Notes under the pieces: generated by a model | Seen by the model: only the letters and a program-made list of their open reading frames with translations | The model's database searches: none | Told to the model about the DNA's origin: nothing | From: Macrostomum lignano | Taxonomy: Eukaryota | Reading direction: 5' to 3' | Assembly (NCBI GenBank): GCA_002269645.1 | Contig: NIVC01003352.1 | Coordinates: 1 to 64,000 of the forward strand | DNA length: 64,000 bases | Part shown: positions 59,618 through 64,000 of the stretch, one piece after another | Layout: the number at the start of each line of letters is the position of its first letter | Position numbering within the stretch: the first letter of the stretch is position 1 | Position numbers and translations under genes: made by a program

Positions 59618-62600
59618 CTGTGCGAGAGCGCCTACCCGGCGGTGAGCAGCGGAGCCCTGCCTCGCTCTGTTAGTTATCCGCACGAGATGGCCGAATCTAC
59701 GGCCCAGGATCTGGCTTATGATGAAGACTTCCTGCAGCCGTTCGAGCCTTTGTCCTGTGAGTAGCAGGGAATGAGATATGGGATTGCAGGGAAGTCAGGG
59801 AATGAGATTCAGGAAAGTTAAGCATTAAGGAATGAGATTCAGGGAAATAAAGGAATAAGATTCAGGAAAGTTAAGGATTGAGATTCAGGAAAAAGGAATG
59901 AGATTCGGGGAAATGAAGGATTGAGATTCAGGAAAGTTAAGGATTGAGATTCAGGAAAAAAGGAATGAGATTCGGGGAAATGAAGGAATGAGATTCAGGG
60001 AAATGAAGGAATGAGATTTAGGGGGAAAGGAATGAGATTCAGGGGAAAAGAATGAGATTCGGGGAAATGATGGAATGAGATTAAGGGAGATGAACGAATG
60101 AGATTAAGGGAAATGAAGGAATGAGATTAAGGGAAATGAAGGAATGAGATTCAGGGAAATGATGGAATGAGATTAAGAGAAATGAAGGAATGAGATTCAG
60201 GGAAATGAAGGAATGAGATTGAGGGAAATGAAGAAATGAGATTCAGGGAAATGAAGGAATGAGATTAAGGGAAATGAAGGAATGAGATTCAGGGAAATGA
60301 AGGAATGAGATTGAGGGAAATGAAGAAATGAGATTCAGGGAAATGAAGGAATGAGATTAAGGGAAATGATGGAATGAGATTAAGAGAAATGAAGGAATGA
60401 GATTCAGGGAAATGAAGGAATGAGATTGAGGGAAATGAAGAAATGAGACTCAGGAAAGTTAAGGATTGAGATTCAGGAAAGTTGAGAATTAAGGAATGAG
60501 ATTCAGGGAAATGAAGGAATGAGATTCAGGAAAGTTAAGGATTAAGGAATGAGATTCAGGGAAATGAAGAAATAAGATTCGGGGAAATGAAGGAATGAGA
60601 TTCAGGAAAGTTAAGGAATGAGATTCGGGGAGATTAAGAAATAAGATTCAGGAAAGGATTGAGATTCAGATAAGGATTGAGATTCAAACAAAGATTGAGA
60701 TTCAGGAAAGTTAAGGATTAAGGAATGTGATTCAGGGAGTTTAGAGAATGAGATTCAGGGAGATTAGAGAATGAGATTCGGGAAGTTTAGAGAATGAGAT
60801 TCAGGGAGATTAGAGAATGAGATTCGGGAAGTTTAGAGAATGAGATTCAGGGAGATTAAGGAATGAGATTCAGGGAATTTAGAGAATGACATTCAGGGAG
60901 ATTGAGGAATGAGATTCAGGGAATTTAGAGAATGAGATTCAGGGTAATAAAGGAATGAGATTCAGGGATATTAAGGAATGAGATTCAGTGAGATTAAGGA
61001 ATAAGATTCAGGAAAGGATTGAGATTCAGAAAAGGATTGAGATTCAGAAACGGATTGAGATTCAGAAACGGATTGAGATTCAGAAACGGATTGAGATTCA
61101 GAAACGGATTGAGATTCAGAAAAGGATCGAGATTCAGAAACGGATTGAGATTCAGAAACTGATTGAGATTCAGAAAAGATTCAGAAAAGGATTGAGATTC
61201 AAACAAGGATTGAGATTCAAACAAGGATTGAGATTCAGGAAAGTTAAGGATTAAGGAATGATATTCAGGGTGTTTAGAGAATGAGATTCAGGGAATTTAG
61301 AGAATGAGATTCAGGGAATTTAGAGAATGAGATTCAGGGAATTTAGAGAATGAGATTCAGGGAATTTAGAGAATGAGATTCAGGGAATTTAGAGAATGAG
61401 ATTCAGGGAATTTAGAGAATGAGATTCAGGGAATTTAGAGAATGAGATACAGGGAATTTAGAGAATGAGATTCAGGGAATTTAGAGAATGAGATACAGGG
61501 AAATTGGAGAACGAGATTCGGGTAAACTCAGGAAATGAGTTTGAGAACGAACATCTCTTCGATTTCTCTTCATCGCAGACCACTCAGGAGGGCGCGCCGT
61601 CCACTCCGGCCTGGACTCGGCCGTGTCCAACTTGGACCTGTTCGCCCAGCTGGAGCTGGCCCATCTGGACCCCGTCCGGGCCACCAGCCAGTTCTCGTCG
61701 GCCGCAGCCGCAGCAGCCGCCGCCTGTCTGGCCAATTCGTCTCTATCCGAGCAGATGTCGCGCAGCGATTCGTGTTTAGCCGCAGCGGCTGCTGCTGCCG
61801 CAGACGCCGAAGAGGCCGGAGTTGGCAACCCGCTATTCGAACCGGAGGACTCCGCGAGAACGGACGCCGGCGTCGGGGGAGCCGGCGCTGGCTCTCTGTT
61901 GCTAGGCAACAGTGTAGCTGGCATGACAACTAGTGTTAGTCAATCGTCAGCTAATGTTAAACAGATATTGGGGAAAAGCGCCAGTCCTAACTATCAAGTA
62001 GTGGTTGGCATGGACGCTTCCGTTGCTATGAGCGGCGCATCGGCCGGCAGCAATATGAGCACCTGGATGGCGCTGGCCAAGTCTAACAAGCGATTCGTCA
62101 GTACCAGCGATTTGGAGGCCAGCGACGATGCCACCGCTGATGACAGTCGGCTACCGGCCGCTGCCGCCACCTCCGCTGGCTCCGGCAGGCCTCCCATGAC
62201 TACTTGGTCCGCGGTTCGAACTTCGTCTATTAAAGACGTCTCCGCCGCCGCTTCCCCCGGCGTTGCCAATGGCAACAACAACGCCCCCGGGGCGCCGCCG
62301 CCGCCTACTAGCGCCGGATCTGCTGGCAGCGGCGGCGACAGCGCCTGGCGCCAATTGAAATCTGCCGGCGGCGGCCATCTGGTGTCTTGGAAAGAGTTGA
62401 ATAGAATTGTGCGCGATGCTAGGCCGCTGGATAGCGATCAGGTGCGATTGGGGATGCTTGTCAGAATTAGATATTTATTTATGGTTTCAGGATGTCTTTG
62501 TTTATTATATAGTAATGGAAATAAAATATTAACGATTGGCTAATTATGAGGATGGAAAATTTATAAAGAATGGATATTTGTGAAAATAGGATATTTATGA

Positions 62601-64000
62601 AAATAGGATATTTACGAAGATGGGATATTCGTGAGGATAGGATATTTGTGAGGATGGGATATTTATGAGGATGGAAGATTTATAAAGATGGGATATTTAT
62701 GAAGATGGGATATTTATGGAAATAGGATATTTATGAAGATGGGATATTTATGGAAAATAGGATATTTACGAAGATGGGATATTCGTGAGGATGGGATATT
62801 TATGAGGATGGAAGATTTAAAAGATGGGATATTTACGAAGATGGGATATTCGTGAGGATAAGATATTTGTGAGGATGGGATATTTATGAGGATGGAAGAT
62901 TTATAAAGATGGGATATTTATGAAGATGGGATATTTATGGAAATAGGATATTTACGAAGATGGGATATTTGTGAGGATGGGATATTTATGAAAAAAGGAT
63001 ATTTACGAAGATGGGATATTTGTGAGGATGGGATATTTATGAGGGTGGTGTATTTATGAGGATGGGATATTTCTGAGGGTGGGATATTTCTAAGGGTGGG
63101 ATATTTCTGAAAATGGGATACATGTATTTGTGAGGATGGGATATTTCTGAGAATAGGATATTTGTGAGGATGGGATATTTTTTAACAGTGGATTATTTTA
63201 CTGTCTTGACATTTGCCAATTTATAGAAGTCCCGTCACGAGATGTCCTCCAGCACAGCTCAGCAGAACGCTGTTGCCTGGCGCAAGCAGCAGCAGCAACC
63301 CCAACAACAGCAGCAGCAACAACAGCAGCAACGGCTTCAGCAGCAATTGACACCCGAACAGCAGCAGCAGGTGCGCCAGCAGCAGCAGCAGGTGCGCCAG
63401 CAGCAGCAGCAGAACAGGTACTCAGGCACCCTGCTGGAGCTATTCAAACGAGCCACCAACACGCCTGCATCCGCTTCGCCATCGGGTGCGCCGCCTGAGC
63501 CAGCGCCCCAGCAGCAGCAGCAGCCGCAGCCCGAGTCCACTCTCCGCTTCCTACACGGTGGCGGCCCGGGATTTCGCGAATTTCGTCGCCGAGCCGAGAG
63601 CTGGTCGACCAGCAGCAGCAGTTCCCGGCGTCTGCGGCGGCGGCGGGGTCGGCAGCTCGACGAACAGCCGGCCGGCCCGTCGGAGTCGGCCGCAGCCACT
63701 CGGATCTTCAGCACGGCAGGCGGTACATCGCCGCTCAGCAGCAGCAGCAGCTGCCCAGTCTGGCTTTCCTGCGCGATTCCCTGCGCTTGGAGATCCGTCG
63801 TCTGTCGTTGCTGCCGCCGCCGCCGCCTCAGCTTCGTCGGCGACAACAACGGCCGACGCTGCCGGCGACTCCGGCATCGGGACGGCAGTCGGTGACGGCA
63901 GCGTCTCGGCTTCGGCGGCGTCGAATTTTGTGTGTCGAAACTGCGGCCATCCGCAGCATCAGCAGCAGCTGGCTCGGCGACTTGCCGGTGGCAAGCAGAA
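59618..64000 (+). CDS. Unidentified Ala/Ser/Gln-rich protein, partial; exons 59618-59756, 61579-62441, 63227-beyond (probable frameshift in the last exon)
   Basis: Junctions tgcag|ctg, cct|gtgagt to cgcag|ac (phase 1), cag|gtgcga to tatag|aag (phase 0) join in frame; no recognisable domain. Confidence 0.7.
59765..61520. repeat. Composite 18-23-bp minisatellite filling almost the whole intron 59757-61578
   Basis: gaatgagattcagggaaatgaag, then gagattcagaaacggatt, then gagaatgagattcagggaattta; all share a gagattcag core. Confidence 0.95.
62545..63190. repeat. 17-18-bp minisatellite in intron 62442-63226
   Basis: Unit ga(g/a)gatgggatattt(a/g)t. Confidence 0.92.

Overview
Eukaryotic (metazoan) genomic DNA with GT-AG spliced genes, not prokaryotic. 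GC-rich Ala/Gln/Ser low-complexity exons and introns packed with minisatellites suggest a Macrostomum-like flatworm (inference, not verified). I can reconstruct: two tandem KCNMB/CaKB-like (BK beta-subunit-type) two-TM genes (+); an unidentified 2-exon gene (-); a 4-exon Islet LIM-homeobox gene (-) with a 1-bp frameshift in the homeodomain; a compact Gab/DOS-like PH-domain adaptor (+); two tandem HHAT/rasp-like MBOAT genes (+) sharing a ~720-bp, ~99%-identical apparent gene-conversion tract over the catalytic region; a possible DUF4806/BEN-like gene between them (-); and part of a low-complexity gene at the right end (+). About 20 kb (~30%, rough tally) is tandem repeat from more than 20 mostly unrelated 14-45 bp units, many starting within tens of bases of splice sites. 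Mobile DNA includes a Tc1/IS630-type remnant nested in a long-TIR element, two tRNA-derived SINE families, RTE-type LINE fragments and a MITE. A sharply bounded 3.3-kb block is almost devoid of CpG. The most notable observations are the HHAT conversion tract, the CpG-erased block, the satellite-built introns (one array exactly bounded by GT..AG) and a foldback pair of arrays flanking an exon. All counts were made by eye and need computational confirmation.
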